DNA of 39,187 nucleotides from Sulfurimonadaceae bacterium (GCA_041571435.1 JBFFUI010000018.1:1-39187); one strand, 5' to 3'. Shown: positions 12,475 through 22,504, numbered from the stretch's first letter. Program-made: numbers and translations. Notes: generated from the sequence alone by a model not told the origin.

Positions 12475-12554
12475 TGGATGCCATAAGTTTTAGTTAATTA
12501 CTACCTTATGATCTCTTGACCCAAAAACAGCTGAAAAATTGTGAAAATAACTGT

Positions 12555-12578
12555 AAACACTATAAAAAGATAGTGTTT
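12555..12578 (-). terminator. Hairpin downstream of ridA, possible terminator
   Basis: AAACACTAT-AAAAAG-ATAGTGTTT, a perfect 9-bp stem. Confidence 0.5.
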
Positions 12579-12597
12579 GTTCCAGTTGCTCTGATTA

Positions 12598-12972
12598 TCA
12601 GTCGCAAAGAGCGATAACTTCGATCTCTACCAATGCATTTTTTGGAAGGGTCTTTGCCGCGACCAATGAACGTGCCGGTTTATGCTCACCGAAGGCATTG
12701 GCATAGATTTCATTTACTGTTGCAAAATCGTCTATGTCGGCAACAAACGCCATCACCTTGACAACCCTGTCAAGTGACGAACCGGCTTCTTCCAATACGG
12801 CACGAAGATTGGCAAAGACCTGCTCCGTCTGCAAAACGACATCATCTTCGACCATCGTACCGTCGGGACGGAGTGCTATCTGACCCGAGGTGTAGACCAG
12901 ACCGTTGACTTTGACTGCCTGTGAGTATGGCCCGATCGCAGCCGGTGCATTTTCTGTTTTTACAAATTCCAT
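12598..12972 (-). CDS. ridA: RidA/YjgF family enamine deaminase
   Basis: [32 protein letters not shown]. Confidence 0.9.
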   Translation of the reverse strand: MEFVKTENAPAAIGPYSQAVKVNGLVYTSGQIALRPDGTMVEDDVVLQTEQVFANLRAVLEEAGSSLDRVVKVMAFVADIDDFATVNEIYANAFGEHKPARSLVAAKTLPKNALVEIEVIALCD

Positions 12973-12984
12973 TATTGTTGTCCT

Positions 12985-13404
12985 TTATTTCTGATTTACG
13001 ATACTTTTCTGTTTTTTATACTTGCGTTCGACATCTTTCATCATCGAAAGATAGTCCTCCTCACTCCAATAGCCGGGAACACTGTAGAGTACCGTCCCCT
13101 CGGGCGTCAAGAAGTAGCTCATCGGCACCATGGGCGCCTTAAGACAAGGAGGATAGCTGTCTTTGTCTCTCGTCAGCGCTACGGCTGCATATTTTTTGTT
13201 GAGGTTATCGATGACCTTTTGCTTTGTCAGGGTACTGTTTTCAAGCTTTCGGCACCATCTGCAGGTCTCGGATGTAATCACCGCATAGATGATCTTGCCC
13301 TCTTTTTGTGCCTTGGCTTTTGCCGCTGAAAAACTGTCGTTCCACGCTATCTCATTAGCAAACAGTGCCCCGCTGAAGAGTGTCACAAACAGTAATATAC
13401 GCAT
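12985..13404 (-). CDS. Exported thioredoxin-fold protein
   Basis: Signal peptide (..ALFA), CRWC motif, later VP cis-Pro-like motif. Confidence 0.8.
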   Translation of the reverse strand: MRILLFVTLFSGALFANEIAWNDSFSAAKAKAQKEGKIIYAVITSETCRWCRKLENSTLTKQKVIDNLNKKYAAVALTRDKDSYPPCLKAPMVPMSYFLTPEGTVLYSVPGYWSEEDYLSMMKDVERKYKKQKSIVNQK

Positions 13405-13549
13405 AAAAGCCCCTCTCTTTAAAAACGGTATTGTACCAAATGAGAGATAATATGATGACGGCGCAACGGCTTTCTCGATTTTTTAGAGATTCTGCTCTAT
13501 AATAGATCAAAGACCCTTATCTGGAACAGTTCCGCAAAAAGGAAGACCT

Positions 13550-14740
13550 ATGCCAAGTGTGAATGAAGATATTTTGAGAAATATTGAGCGTATAAACAGT
13601 GAGGTTATAGCCTTACGGCATCAGCTTCATGAACATCCGGAACTTTCAGGTCAGGAGAAAGAGACGACTGCACTGCTTAAGGCCCTGTTGGAAAAAGCGG
13701 GACTCAAAGTGACAACCTATGCAAACCATTACGGTCTGATTGCGGAGTTGATCGTTGATGAGCAGAAGCCATTCGTGGCACTGCGGGCCGATATTGATGC
13801 CCTGCCTATCGATGAGCAGAGCGGTGCATCTTACGCGTCACGTACACCGGGGATCATGCATGCCTGCGGCCACGATTCCCATACGGCCATCCTACTGGGA
13901 ACAGCGCTCACAATGGTGAAGGTCAGATCCAAACTTAAGGAGAACCTCCGTTTTATCTTCCAACCGGCAGAAGAGATCACCGATGGCGGCAGTGCCCAGA
14001 TGATAGAAGACGGTGCACTGGAACAGGTCAAAGCGATCTTCGGGCTGCACGCCTACCCTTACCTCAACACCGGCGAGATCGGCTATAAATACGGGGTAAT
14101 GCTCGCTTCGGCAGACACCTTTGAGATCGAAGTGTTCGGAAAAAGTTCGCACGGTGCGCGGCCGCACGAAGGGGTTGATGCCATCTTGGTCACATCGATG
14201 GCCGTGAACTCCCTTAACCACATCGTCTCCCGTCAGATCGATCCCTTGCATCCGGCTGTTATCTCACTGGGTACGATCGAAGGGGGCAAGGCCGCCAACA
14301 TCATCTGTGATTATGTAAAACTCTGTGGAACGGTGCGAACCGTCAACCACGATGTACGCCACTCTATTCCTAAGATGATGGAGGTCTCTCTTCAGGGGAT
14401 CACCAAGTCAATGCACGCAAGCCATACCTTCAACTATTCGTTCGGTTCACCGGAGGTGTGCAATGACGACAAGATGGTGGACCTGTTGCGCAAAGCTGCC
14501 GAGAAGGTCATCGGTCCAGAGAGGACAGTCGATCTTGCTGATCCCGTCATGGGCGGTGAGGACTTTGGCCGCTACCTCGAGATCGTTCCCGGTGCTTTTT
14601 TTCGCCTTGGCACCTGTAATCCCGACAAAGGCACCTGTGTCTCCCAGCATAATGCCCGTTTTGATGTCGATGACGATGCCCTGCAGTATGGGATGAAGAT
14701 CATGGCACTTGCAGCCTTAGAAGCGATGGAACATGCGTGA
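13550..14740 (+). CDS. M20D-family amidohydrolase (N-acyl amino acid hydrolase-like)
   Basis: HEHPELS, RADIDALP, MHACGHD, FQPAEE, HGARPH, GEDF. Confidence 0.92.
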   Translation: MPSVNEDILRNIERINSEVIALRHQLHEHPELSGQEKETTALLKALLEKAGLKVTTYANHYGLIAELIVDEQKPFVALRADIDALPIDEQSGASYASRTPGIMHACGHDSHTAILLGTALTMVKVRSKLKENLRFIFQPAEEITDGGSAQMIEDGALEQVKAIFGLHAYPYLNTGEIGYKYGVMLASADTFEIEVFGKSSHGARPHEGVDAILVTSMAVNSLNHIVSRQIDPLHPAVISLGTIEGGKAANIICDYVKLCGTVRTVNHDVRHSIPKMMEVSLQGITKSMHASHTFNYSFGSPEVCNDDKMVDLLRKAAEKVIGPERTVDLADPVMGGEDFGRYLEIVPGAFFRLGTCNPDKGTCVSQHNARFDVDDDALQYGMKIMALAALEAMEHA

Positions 14741-16169
14741 CGAAATCGCTCTGAAGATCACCAACAGCGCAGATGCACCGCTTATCTACCACACCTTCAC
14801 CTACCTTAAAGAGCGGCTGCCGGTCTCTGACCTTTCCCCTCTTGAAGAGGCACTGAAGCAGCTTATAGAGAATGTGCTTGAACATGCCTATGAGAGAGAT
14901 TACGAGATCGACATCACTGTCAAGTACTACATCTACAGCTGCCAGCTAAAAATCGATGTCGAAGATAGAGGGGCACCTTTTGACTTCAGCCGTTTTCTTA
15001 GTGAACCGATCGACCACAGTGCCGATCATAAAAAAGGGTTTTACCGTATCTATGACCTTGTTGACCGTTTCTACTTCACATCCCTGCCTCAAGCCGGCAA
15101 GCGCTTCAGCCTAATACAGATGTTCGACAAATGTTTTGACATCAAGACCAACACAATCATCAGTGAGGAACCGCTTGACAAAAGCGCGGTCATGGAACAG
15201 CTCACCGTCCGATCATTCAGAGAGGGTGACGGTGACGGTATTTCGAAACTGATCTATAAAAACTACGACTACACCTACTATAAACATCTCTTCTATGAAC
15301 CCCAGGAAGTTCGAAAAGCCAATGAAAAAGGCGATATCCACTCTATCATCGCCCTCTTTCAAAACGAGATAATCGGCCATTTTGCGCTGGTACGGGCACC
15401 CTACTCTAATATTGCCGAGATCGCCGTGGCCACCGTCGACCCTCGCTATAAAGGGATGGGGGTGATGAACAGGATGTTCGATTTTCTCATCTTCGAAGCC
15501 CAGAGACTCGGATACGATGCGATCTACGGCGAAGCGATCATGCTGCACCCCTACAGCCAAAAAGCCAACATCTCCCACGGGATGACGGAGTGTGCCATCG
15601 TGCTCGGTCAGGTCCCCTCTGAGACACAGATAGAACACCGTATTCATAACCCGCGGCGCACCGGTGTCCTTATCGCCTACCTGCTTTTTGACAAGCGGCG
15701 CTGTCAGCATGCTAACTCTAAAATATATGGCAAAGAGATACAGAAGGTCTATAATGAGATCGGTATCGAGATTTGCGACATAACACCGCCTCACGCGGTA
15801 CGCGATGCCATTACCCACCGTATCAACAACCTGCTTGGTCTGGGGTATATCCGTATTGATGCCGTCATCTCCGAAAAGGAGTTGATGGAGATCTTGATGG
15901 ACCTGCAACAAGAGCATTGCGATATGATCTACGCCGACATCAACCTGCACCGTATACGGGATATTGATACTGTCATTGAACTGCTCAATGCGCACAGCTT
16001 CTTCTATAGCGGTGTACTGCTCGCCTACTACGAAAGTGAAGACTATCTCCGTCTGCAGCGCAAAAATACAAAAAGTGTGGATGATGAGCAGCTGGTCTTC
16101 TACTCAAAAAATGCGCAGCGGCTGCTCACATTTATACGTAAGGACGAAGAGCGCGTTACCGCCTTCTAA
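14733..16169 (+). CDS. RsbW-like GHKL ATPase domain fused to a GNAT acetyltransferase domain
   Basis: QLIENVLEHAY (N box), DVEDRGAPFD (G1), KGFYRIYDLVD (G2-like); GNAT motif A region AEIAVATVDPRYKGMG; 8-nt overlap with the upstream gene. Confidence 0.75.
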   Translation: MRDEIALKITNSADAPLIYHTFTYLKERLPVSDLSPLEEALKQLIENVLEHAYERDYEIDITVKYYIYSCQLKIDVEDRGAPFDFSRFLSEPIDHSADHKKGFYRIYDLVDRFYFTSLPQAGKRFSLIQMFDKCFDIKTNTIISEEPLDKSAVMEQLTVRSFREGDGDGISKLIYKNYDYTYYKHLFYEPQEVRKANEKGDIHSIIALFQNEIIGHFALVRAPYSNIAEIAVATVDPRYKGMGVMNRMFDFLIFEAQRLGYDAIYGEAIMLHPYSQKANISHGMTECAIVLGQVPSETQIEHRIHNPRRTGVLIAYLLFDKRRCQHANSKIYGKEIQKVYNEIGIEICDITPPHAVRDAITHRINNLLGLGYIRIDAVISEKELMEILMDLQQEHCDMIYADINLHRIRDIDTVIELLNAHSFFYSGVLLAYYESEDYLRLQRKNTKSVDDEQLVFYSKNAQRLLTFIRKDEERVTAF

Positions 16170-17260
16170 AACGTTCTGATCACTTCGTAGAAGACTTCGT
16201 ACAGCTTTTCGACCTCTTCGCGAGTCGTTCTTTCGTTAGGGGCGTGGATGGTGTCGTTACGTACACCGAATTCGATGACATCGACACCATAAGGGGCGAT
16301 ATAGCGCGCATCGGAGGTACCACCGGCTGTGGAGTGCTTGGGTTTGATGCCGGTCACCTTCTCTATGGCCGCATCGATAGTACGTACCACCTTAGTGTTG
16401 GGGTCGGTCATGAACGGATATGCAGACTGGTCAAGTTTAAGCGTATAGTTCATCTCCGAAAAGTATTTGTGGACAAAGGCTTCGATCGATTTTTGGTCGG
16501 TCTTGGTCGAGTTGCGTACATTGAACATCATCTTGAGTTTGCCCGGGGTGACGTTGGTCACTTCCATCCCAGCACGGATGTCGGTCACCACAAACTTGCT
16601 AGGGGCAAAGTTCTCGTCACCCTCATCCAGGTTCACACCGGCCATATGGTGCAGCACCTGCGCGACTTTATGGATAGGGTTGGTCGCTTTTTCCGGATAG
16701 GCGGCATGGCCCTGTTTGCCGTGCTTTTCGATCACCCCGTTAATAGATCCGCGTCGGCCGATCTTGATCGCGTCACCGAAGAGCTCTTCACAGGTCGGTT
16801 CCGCTACGATACAGGCATCGGGGATCATCCCTTTCTGCTCCAGGTACCGCATCACCTCCTGCGTACCGTACTTGGCCGGCCCCTCTTCATCCGAAGTGAG
16901 CAGCAGTGAGAGTGTTCCGTTGAATGTTTTAGTGTGTTCGACAGCCTGAACAAAGGCGACCAGTCCCGACTTCATGTCCTGCGCGCCGCGTCCGTATATG
17001 TAGCCATCCTGTTCGACCGCTCCGTAAGGATCGACACTCCACCCCTCACCGGCAGGTACGACATCCACATGCCCGGCAAAACAGAGATGCTCGCCTTCGC
17101 CGAACTTCTTGTAGATAAAGAGGTTTTTCACCCCGTTGCTGTCGATACGTATCGGCGTAAAGTCGCTCAGGTATTCCGATACAAAATTAAGTATCCCCCC
17201 ATCTTCGGGTGTCTCGCTTTTGACCTTGAGGATTTCTTTAAAAAGTGCTATCAGTTCCAA
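16166..17260 (-). CDS. dapE: Succinyl-diaminopimelate desuccinylase
   Basis: AGHVDVVP, GRGAQDMKSG, TSDEEG, GRRGS, QGHAAYP, GGTSDAR, TIH. Confidence 0.94.
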   Translation of the reverse strand: MELIALFKEILKVKSETPEDGGILNFVSEYLSDFTPIRIDSNGVKNLFIYKKFGEGEHLCFAGHVDVVPAGEGWSVDPYGAVEQDGYIYGRGAQDMKSGLVAFVQAVEHTKTFNGTLSLLLTSDEEGPAKYGTQEVMRYLEQKGMIPDACIVAEPTCEELFGDAIKIGRRGSINGVIEKHGKQGHAAYPEKATNPIHKVAQVLHHMAGVNLDEGDENFAPSKFVVTDIRAGMEVTNVTPGKLKMMFNVRNSTKTDQKSIEAFVHKYFSEMNYTLKLDQSAYPFMTDPNTKVVRTIDAAIEKVTGIKPKHSTAGGTSDARYIAPYGVDVIEFGVRNDTIHAPNERTTREEVEKLYEVFYEVIRTF

Positions 17261-17269
17261 ATCGTCTCT

Positions 17270-17620
17270 TTAATAATAGGGGTTTTCATAAAAAACATAG
17301 TTGCTGTAGTCACTGACCTCAAAGTAGACCTTCTTCTCGCCTTCATCGACTTTAAAGTTCTCGTTCTCATCCAAGTAGCCGTAGCTGTAGCGGTAAGCAC
17401 GTTGCTGTCCATCCGCACGGCCGACACCCGTCGTCATCTTGTCGACCTTGATGAAGCGCTTTATCAGTTTCTCACCGGCATATACATCCATTACACCGTT
17501 TGTCCCTGTCCAGTTCTGGATGCCGCGGCTCATCTTGTTTTGCTGTTCCTGCGTACACCCGACCATCAGCAATGACACAACAGTCAGCGTTGCAATCGCC
17601 ATCTTTTTACGACTCAACAT
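17270..17620 (-). CDS. Hypothetical lipoprotein (probable start 17620)
   Basis: GGAGG SD; MLSRKK + hydrophobic stretch + MVGC lipobox; DENENFKVDEGE loop. Confidence 0.65.
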   Translation of the reverse strand: MLSRKKMAIATLTVVSLLMVGCTQEQQNKMSRGIQNWTGTNGVMDVYAGEKLIKRFIKVDKMTTGVGRADGQQRAYRYSYGYLDENENFKVDEGEKKVYFEVSDYSNYVFYENPYY

Positions 17621-17763
17621 GTAGCGCCTCCCTCTGTTCTCTTGGATATAGATATCATACAAGTATCCTTTTTTGACATTCTAGTGCAAACATTATATTG
17701 TTCGCTTGATTGAAGAGAGGTTAATACCGTAAAAAAGCATGCATTAAGAAATAATATTATTTT

Positions 17764-18132
17764 TTGTGTTATTATATTTTATTTACTTCAGGAAAGCATG
17801 TGCTACTACAAAACAGAGTGCTCATTATCATGTTATGCATCTCGTTAGTCAGTATGGCGGCTGCACTGCATTACAAAAACAGCTTGGATAGAGTAACAAT
17901 GCGACAGAAAGCAGAAAACAAAAATCTGCTGAAACGCATACAAAGTCTTTCACAGCTCTCCAGAGATATCCGGATCGCGACCTACCCTACGGCGGCCTGC
18001 GATACCGCGACAAAAGCGATCATCGGGGAGTCGTGCGATCTCGGGAGCTATATGGAGTGGGCAGGCACAGAGCTTGAACAGAGAACAGGGAAACTGCTTG
18101 ACGAAATAGAACGATCTCAGACGAGCAATTAA
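17764..18132 (+). CDS. Hypothetical membrane-anchored protein (start uncertain, possibly GTG at ~17800)
   Basis: Only ORF filling this gap; N-terminal hydrophobic helix; stop overlaps the mutS stop. Confidence 0.5.
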   Translation: MCYYILFTSGKHVLLQNRVLIIMLCISLVSMAAALHYKNSLDRVTMRQKAENKNLLKRIQSLSQLSRDIRIATYPTAACDTATKAIIGESCDLGSYMEWAGTELEQRTGKLLDEIERSQTSN

Positions 18133-21100
18133 AAATCGTCCCAGCCGCTTAAACTGCTGCTCTCTTCGTCCGTCTCGTCAGCAACATTGATCTCCGGTTC
18201 TATCACCTCCCGTTTCTCTTGCACGATCTGATCTTCATAATCAAGCTCCAGACCATTGGATGTCATAACAAACCCTTTGACCTTGATCTTGCCGTCATGG
18301 ATTGAACGGTGGTGCTCTTTACAGAGCGGCACAAGATTGCTGCGGTGGTCCTGGTGGAAATGGCCGATGAAACCGGAACCGTTTGAGGCCGCCTGATGGG
18401 CAATGTGGTGGACATCTTCTGCCACGGCCCCGCAGATGACACATTTGGTCACGTAAAGCTCTTTGTTGTATTTTGACGTGCGTTTTTTGACCAGCAGTTC
18501 GAGCTCATCAAAGTCGTTCGAGAGCCGTTTTCGGATCTTGTTGGCATTGCCGAGGAACTCTTCGTCCATATGCAGCGATTTGGCGAATTCGAGACCGTAG
18601 ACGGAACTGCCGCTTCCCGCCTGCAAGATACGGTTAAAGCGCAGTTTGTCAAGTGTTTCGTCATATTCAACGCTCAGGTGAAGGTCCACCACATTTTTCA
18701 GTTTTTTGATCTCGGGCATCGTCGCAAGCTGATGAAGGTGGGTCGCAAAGAGAAAAATAGAGCGCAGCTTGGTCAGCTTCATAATGGCACTCGCCACGAT
18801 GGAGACGCCCGATAGCGTCTCCGTACCGTGCGAGATCTCATCACCGAGCACCAGCGAATGCTGCGAGGCCCTCTTAAAGATGTTCTTGAGTTCCAGCATC
18901 TCGACGGCAAAAGTCGAAAGCCCTTTGGCGAGATTGTCCTTGGAGACGATGCGGGTAAAGATGGAGTCATACAAAGAGAACTTCATTGCATTGGCCGGGA
19001 CATAGAAGCCTGATTGTGCCAGAATAACGGCAATACCGATACTCTTCATCAATGAGGATTTTCCACTGGAGTTGATCCCGTAAAGCAGTACCCCGTTGAT
19101 ATCATGGCCGTCATGTACACTGACATCGAGCATCACGGTCTTGGGATACGGCAGATCAAGATAGTCGCGTGTGCCCATCACAATGTCGTTAGGCACATAG
19201 ATACCCTGCCGCTCCTGGATCTCGATGAGCGGGTGGCGCAGTGCCATGATCTGCATAAAATTCTCATCCTCACGGACATCGACGATCGTCGGACGGGCGT
19301 GGTTGTACTGTTCTGCCGTCTTCGCTGAACTCACGGCGACATCCAGATCAGCCACATAGTGGATAACACGTTCAAGGAGGATGGTGTAACGCCTTTCAAA
19401 AAGCGCCTGAAGGTTGACAAACCGCTCCTTCGCCAATGCCACGATCTTGAGACGGTTGCGCATGATCTTGTCGGAGAGCTGATCGGTCAGTTCGGAGGTG
19501 ATCTTGACACTGTTGGTCAGTTTCTTGACACTGAAACTGCTAAAGTCGATGGAGAGTCCCTCAATCTCGATCTTCTCCTCTGCAAAGACCTTTTCTATCA
19601 TCGACCAGCGGTTCTTGCTCAAAGCGATGTAGTACCCCTCTTTTTCCAGCAGGCCGAGCGTCACATAGTTGCCGCCGTTACTGCTTGTCGCATGCGAGAG
19701 CATCTCCTCGATCCTGGCGATAATGATCTTAAAGGTCTGCAGCATGCGCGCATTTTCATCGACCAGTGTGTCGATACCGGCATCCACACCCCGCATCAAG
19801 AAGTTCTCGTCGATCGTCGCCATCGTAAAACGGCGTGAGGTCTCAAGGTCGACACTCTTTTGGATATCGCGGATAAACTCGCTGATCTCCTGGTCTGAGA
19901 AAGGTGTCTTCTGTATCTTATGTTTTTTGATATAGCCCATCAGTTCCTGAACACCCGTCAATGACTCATAGACATAGTTCATCTCAAACGGGTGAAGACG
20001 CCCAAGACTGATGCGGCGTGCCAGACGTTCAAGATCGTAGATGCCGCGCAGCGTCTCATCGAGCGTTCGCGTATGCGTGTTGACCCGGTCGATAAGATTG
20101 TATCGGCGTGTCAGCTCCTCTTTCTCAAGCAACGGGTTTAGCAGACGCTCTTTCAGCAGACGCTTGCCGATGGCCGTACAGGACTTGTCGATCAGTTTGA
20201 ACAGCGTCATCTCGTTGCGGTCTTTCGAGATCACACCCAGCTGTTCGAGGGCATTGTTTCCGAGGTACATATAGCGTCGGTTGTCGATCAACTGCGGACG
20301 GTAGAGTTTCTGGACAATATGGTAGTCGTGCTCGATGACAAAATGGACCAGGATAGCCAGAGATTCAGAAATCATCGGCGAACGTTCAAGGTCCAGATGT
20401 TCTATCGGTGAGAGCAGTGACTGAATGTTATAGACATTTTGAAAAAGCTCGTTTTGGTAGGCGATCTTGTGGCGATCGTTGTTGATACTGTAGTGAAAAC
20501 GGTCGGCAATTTCGAGGTAGCGCAGTACCTCTTTCTGATTCTGCACCCCCTCCAAAAAGGTGATGACGACCTCGGAGGTCTTGTGCACGTTGAGCAGGTT
20601 AAAGATCTCATCCAGCGCAAAGCTCTGGTCTTCCGACGTGCCGTGTGCTTCGTAGAGCCAGGTTTTACCGGTCGTAACATCTATGGCGCTGTAACCGACA
20701 GAGAAGATATCTTTGTGCTGATCGATCATCAACGAAGCGATGTAGTTGTCTTCGTTGTCGGTCATATAGTCAAAGTTGGTACCCGGTGAGATGATCTGTG
20801 AGACGTAACGGCTCACCTTGGGCGGCAGACCTTTTTGTTTGATTACAATGACCGTGTATTTTTTTTCCTGGATCAAACGCGCCAGATAACGTTCGAAAGA
20901 GACCGCAGGCACTCCGGCCAAAAGAGGATTTTTTACCGAATTCTCAACAATGTTTTTGTTCTTCTTGGTGAGCTGGATGTTCAGCAGTTCCGCCATCTCT
21001 TTGGCCTTACCCACCTGCATGTCATCATTGTTGACTTCGTACACCTCGTAAAATGTCCCGATCTCCATAAAGATGACCGTATCATTGCCGTATTTGGTCT

Positions 21101-21185
21101 CAAAATGGCTCTGAAGCTCAAAATAGACCTCAGTCAAAAGCTTTTTTTTATCGGTAAGAAGAGCGGAGATTTCACTGGCTAACAT
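18129..21185 (-). CDS. MutS-family ATPase with C-terminal HNH nuclease (MutS7 type)
   Basis: Domain I GTFYE, Walker A GINSSGKS, Walker [15 protein letters not shown]-terminal [19 protein letters not shown]. Start set to ATG 21185 because a TGtTATAAT promoter lies at 21218-21226. Confidence 0.9.
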   Translation of the reverse strand: MLASEISALLTDKKKLLTEVYFELQSHFETKYGNDTVIFMEIGTFYEVYEVNNDDMQVGKAKEMAELLNIQLTKKNKNIVENSVKNPLLAGVPAVSFERYLARLIQEKKYTVIVIKQKGLPPKVSRYVSQIISPGTNFDYMTDNEDNYIASLMIDQHKDIFSVGYSAIDVTTGKTWLYEAHGTSEDQSFALDEIFNLLNVHKTSEVVITFLEGVQNQKEVLRYLEIADRFHYSINNDRHKIAYQNELFQNVYNIQSLLSPIEHLDLERSPMISESLAILVHFVIEHDYHIVQKLYRPQLIDNRRYMYLGNNALEQLGVISKDRNEMTLFKLIDKSCTAIGKRLLKERLLNPLLEKEELTRRYNLIDRVNTHTRTLDETLRGIYDLERLARRISLGRLHPFEMNYVYESLTGVQELMGYIKKHKIQKTPFSDQEISEFIRDIQKSVDLETSRRFTMATIDENFLMRGVDAGIDTLVDENARMLQTFKIIIARIEEMLSHATSSNGGNYVTLGLLEKEGYYIALSKNRWSMIEKVFAEEKIEIEGLSIDFSSFSVKKLTNSVKITSELTDQLSDKIMRNRLKIVALAKERFVNLQALFERRYTILLERVIHYVADLDVAVSSAKTAEQYNHARPTIVDVREDENFMQIMALRHPLIEIQERQGIYVPNDIVMGTRDYLDLPYPKTVMLDVSVHDGHDINGVLLYGINSSGKSSLMKSIGIAVILAQSGFYVPANAMKFSLYDSIFTRIVSKDNLAKGLSTFAVEMLELKNIFKRASQHSLVLGDEISHGTETLSGVSIVASAIMKLTKLRSIFLFATHLHQLATMPEIKKLKNVVDLHLSVEYDETLDKLRFNRILQAGSGSSVYGLEFAKSLHMDEEFLGNANKIRKRLSNDFDELELLVKKRTSKYNKELYVTKCVICGAVAEDVHHIAHQAASNGSGFIGHFHQDHRSNLVPLCKEHHRSIHDGKIKVKGFVMTSNGLELDYEDQIVQEKREVIEPEINVADETDEESSSLSGWDDF

Positions 21186-21217
21186 CAGATGTACATGTCC
21201 TGTTTTTGAGTTCAATT

Positions 21218-21332
21218 ATTATAACACAGAGTCCACTTTTAGGGAAACAATGTTTAGTATTGGGACCTCTCTCTCAATAATCGGGTAAAACCGGTAACAA
21301 ACCTTAGTATTAAGTGCATATTTTGATATAAT
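21218..21332. promoter_or_regulatory. Divergent extended -10 promoters for mutS7 (minus, 21218-21226) and the PAS gene (plus, 21324-21332)
   Basis: TGnTATAAT matches read on each strand. Confidence 0.6.
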
Positions 21333-21360
21333 TGCGCTAATTATTTTAGGAGTATTTTAC

Positions 21361-21780
21361 ATGATCAAAAGACCTGAACCCGTTGATGAAGAAGTAATCT
21401 TTGATGGCCGCAGCCTCATCTCAGAAACTGATTTGAAAGGTGTTATTACCTTTGTTAACCGTAAGTTCGTTGAGATGACCGGTTACTCAAAACAGGAAGC
21501 GATAGGACAGCCACACAGTATATTACGTCATCCGGACATGCCAAAAGCAGGATTTGAAGGTATGTGGAAGCTTATCCAAGAGGGTAAGGTCTGGGACGGT
21601 TATGTCAAGAATCTTCGTAAAGACGGAAAATACTACTGGGTCGATGTTCATATCGTTCCTAAAAAAGATGAGAACGGTAAGATTATCGGATACATCGCTT
21701 CGCGTAAAGTAACAGATCCGGTACGTCTTAAAAGTACCATTCTTCAATACAAAGAACTGCGTGACGCGGAAGACAAGTAG
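21361..21780 (+). CDS. Stand-alone Aer/CetB-like PAS domain protein
   Basis: SETDLKGVITFVN, GQPHSILRHPDMP, W.GYVKNLRKDGKYYWV; no output domain. Confidence 0.88.
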   Translation: MIKRPEPVDEEVIFDGRSLISETDLKGVITFVNRKFVEMTGYSKQEAIGQPHSILRHPDMPKAGFEGMWKLIQEGKVWDGYVKNLRKDGKYYWVDVHIVPKKDENGKIIGYIASRKVTDPVRLKSTILQYKELRDAEDK

Positions 21781-21802
21781 AGATCTTTTCTCTACTGCTT
21801 TT
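21776..21802 (+). terminator. Putative terminator after the PAS gene
   Basis: AGTAGAGA-TCTTT-TCTCTACT followed by GCTTTT. Confidence 0.5.
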
Positions 21803-21949
21803 ACCTGTCAATATTTCACTTCGTCACATCCAACCTAATACCTATCAGCCCTACGCATTTATTACAAATTCCTCTGCTACGATATTTGAATCTAAAACTT
21901 AATTTTTACTGTTTGCATTTAACGCTATACTTTAGGCAAAAGGATATCT

Positions 21950-22504
21950 ATGCGTTTTCTATTGACACTTCTGGCATCATTCATGATCATGGCTAACCTG
22001 ATCTATGGCGAGGACGAAAAAATGACAGTATATGATTTTAATGTAACAACGATTGATGGAAAAGTGATCTCGATGTCACACTACAAAGGCAAGGTACTCC
22101 TGATTGTTAATGTTGCCAGTGAGTGTGGGTTCACCCCTCAGTATGAAGGGTTGGAAAAACTCTATGAAACATACAGAGATGATGGTTTTATGGTACTGGG
22201 TTTCCCTTCAAACCAGTTCGGCGAACAAGAGCCCGGCAGCAATGAGGAAATCATCTTTTTCTGTCAGGGCACTTATGATGTACAGTTTGACATGTTTACC
22301 AAAATCGATGTCAACGGCGACAATGCCGACCCACTATACAAGTACCTTAAACATGAGCAGAGTGGTTTTTTGTGGACAGAGTCGATCAAGTGGAACTTTA
22401 CAAAATTCCTGGTTGACCGCAACGGCAACGTGGTTAAACGCTACGGCTCATCTACCAAGCCAGAAAGCATTAAAGAAGATATTGAAGCTTTATTGAAAAA
22501 GTAA
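21950..22504 (+). CDS. Cys-type glutathione peroxidase family protein with N-terminal signal-like sequence
   Basis: NVASECGFTPQY, GFPSNQFGEQEPG, IKWNFTKFLVD. Confidence 0.93.
   Translation: MRFLLTLLASFMIMANLIYGEDEKMTVYDFNVTTIDGKVISMSHYKGKVLLIVNVASECGFTPQYEGLEKLYETYRDDGFMVLGFPSNQFGEQEPGSNEEIIFFCQGTYDVQFDMFTKIDVNGDNADPLYKYLKHEQSGFLWTESIKWNFTKFLVDRNGNVVKRYGSSTKPESIKEDIEALLKK

Noticed and set aside
15213..17575. Long antisense ORFs (15213-15995, 16244-16909, 16934-17575) and similar ones opposite mutS7, wzc and the atp genes
   Set aside because: They lie opposite well-supported genes and show no recognisable motifs; typical codon-bias shadows.
20859..21149. Two A8 tracts in the 5' part of mutS7 as a phase-variable mutator switch
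   Set aside because: They are explained by Lys codons, the frame is intact, and there is no evidence of length variation.
22109..22130. Selenocysteine in the Gpx active site
   Set aside because: The codon is TGT (Cys); the nearby TGA is out of frame.
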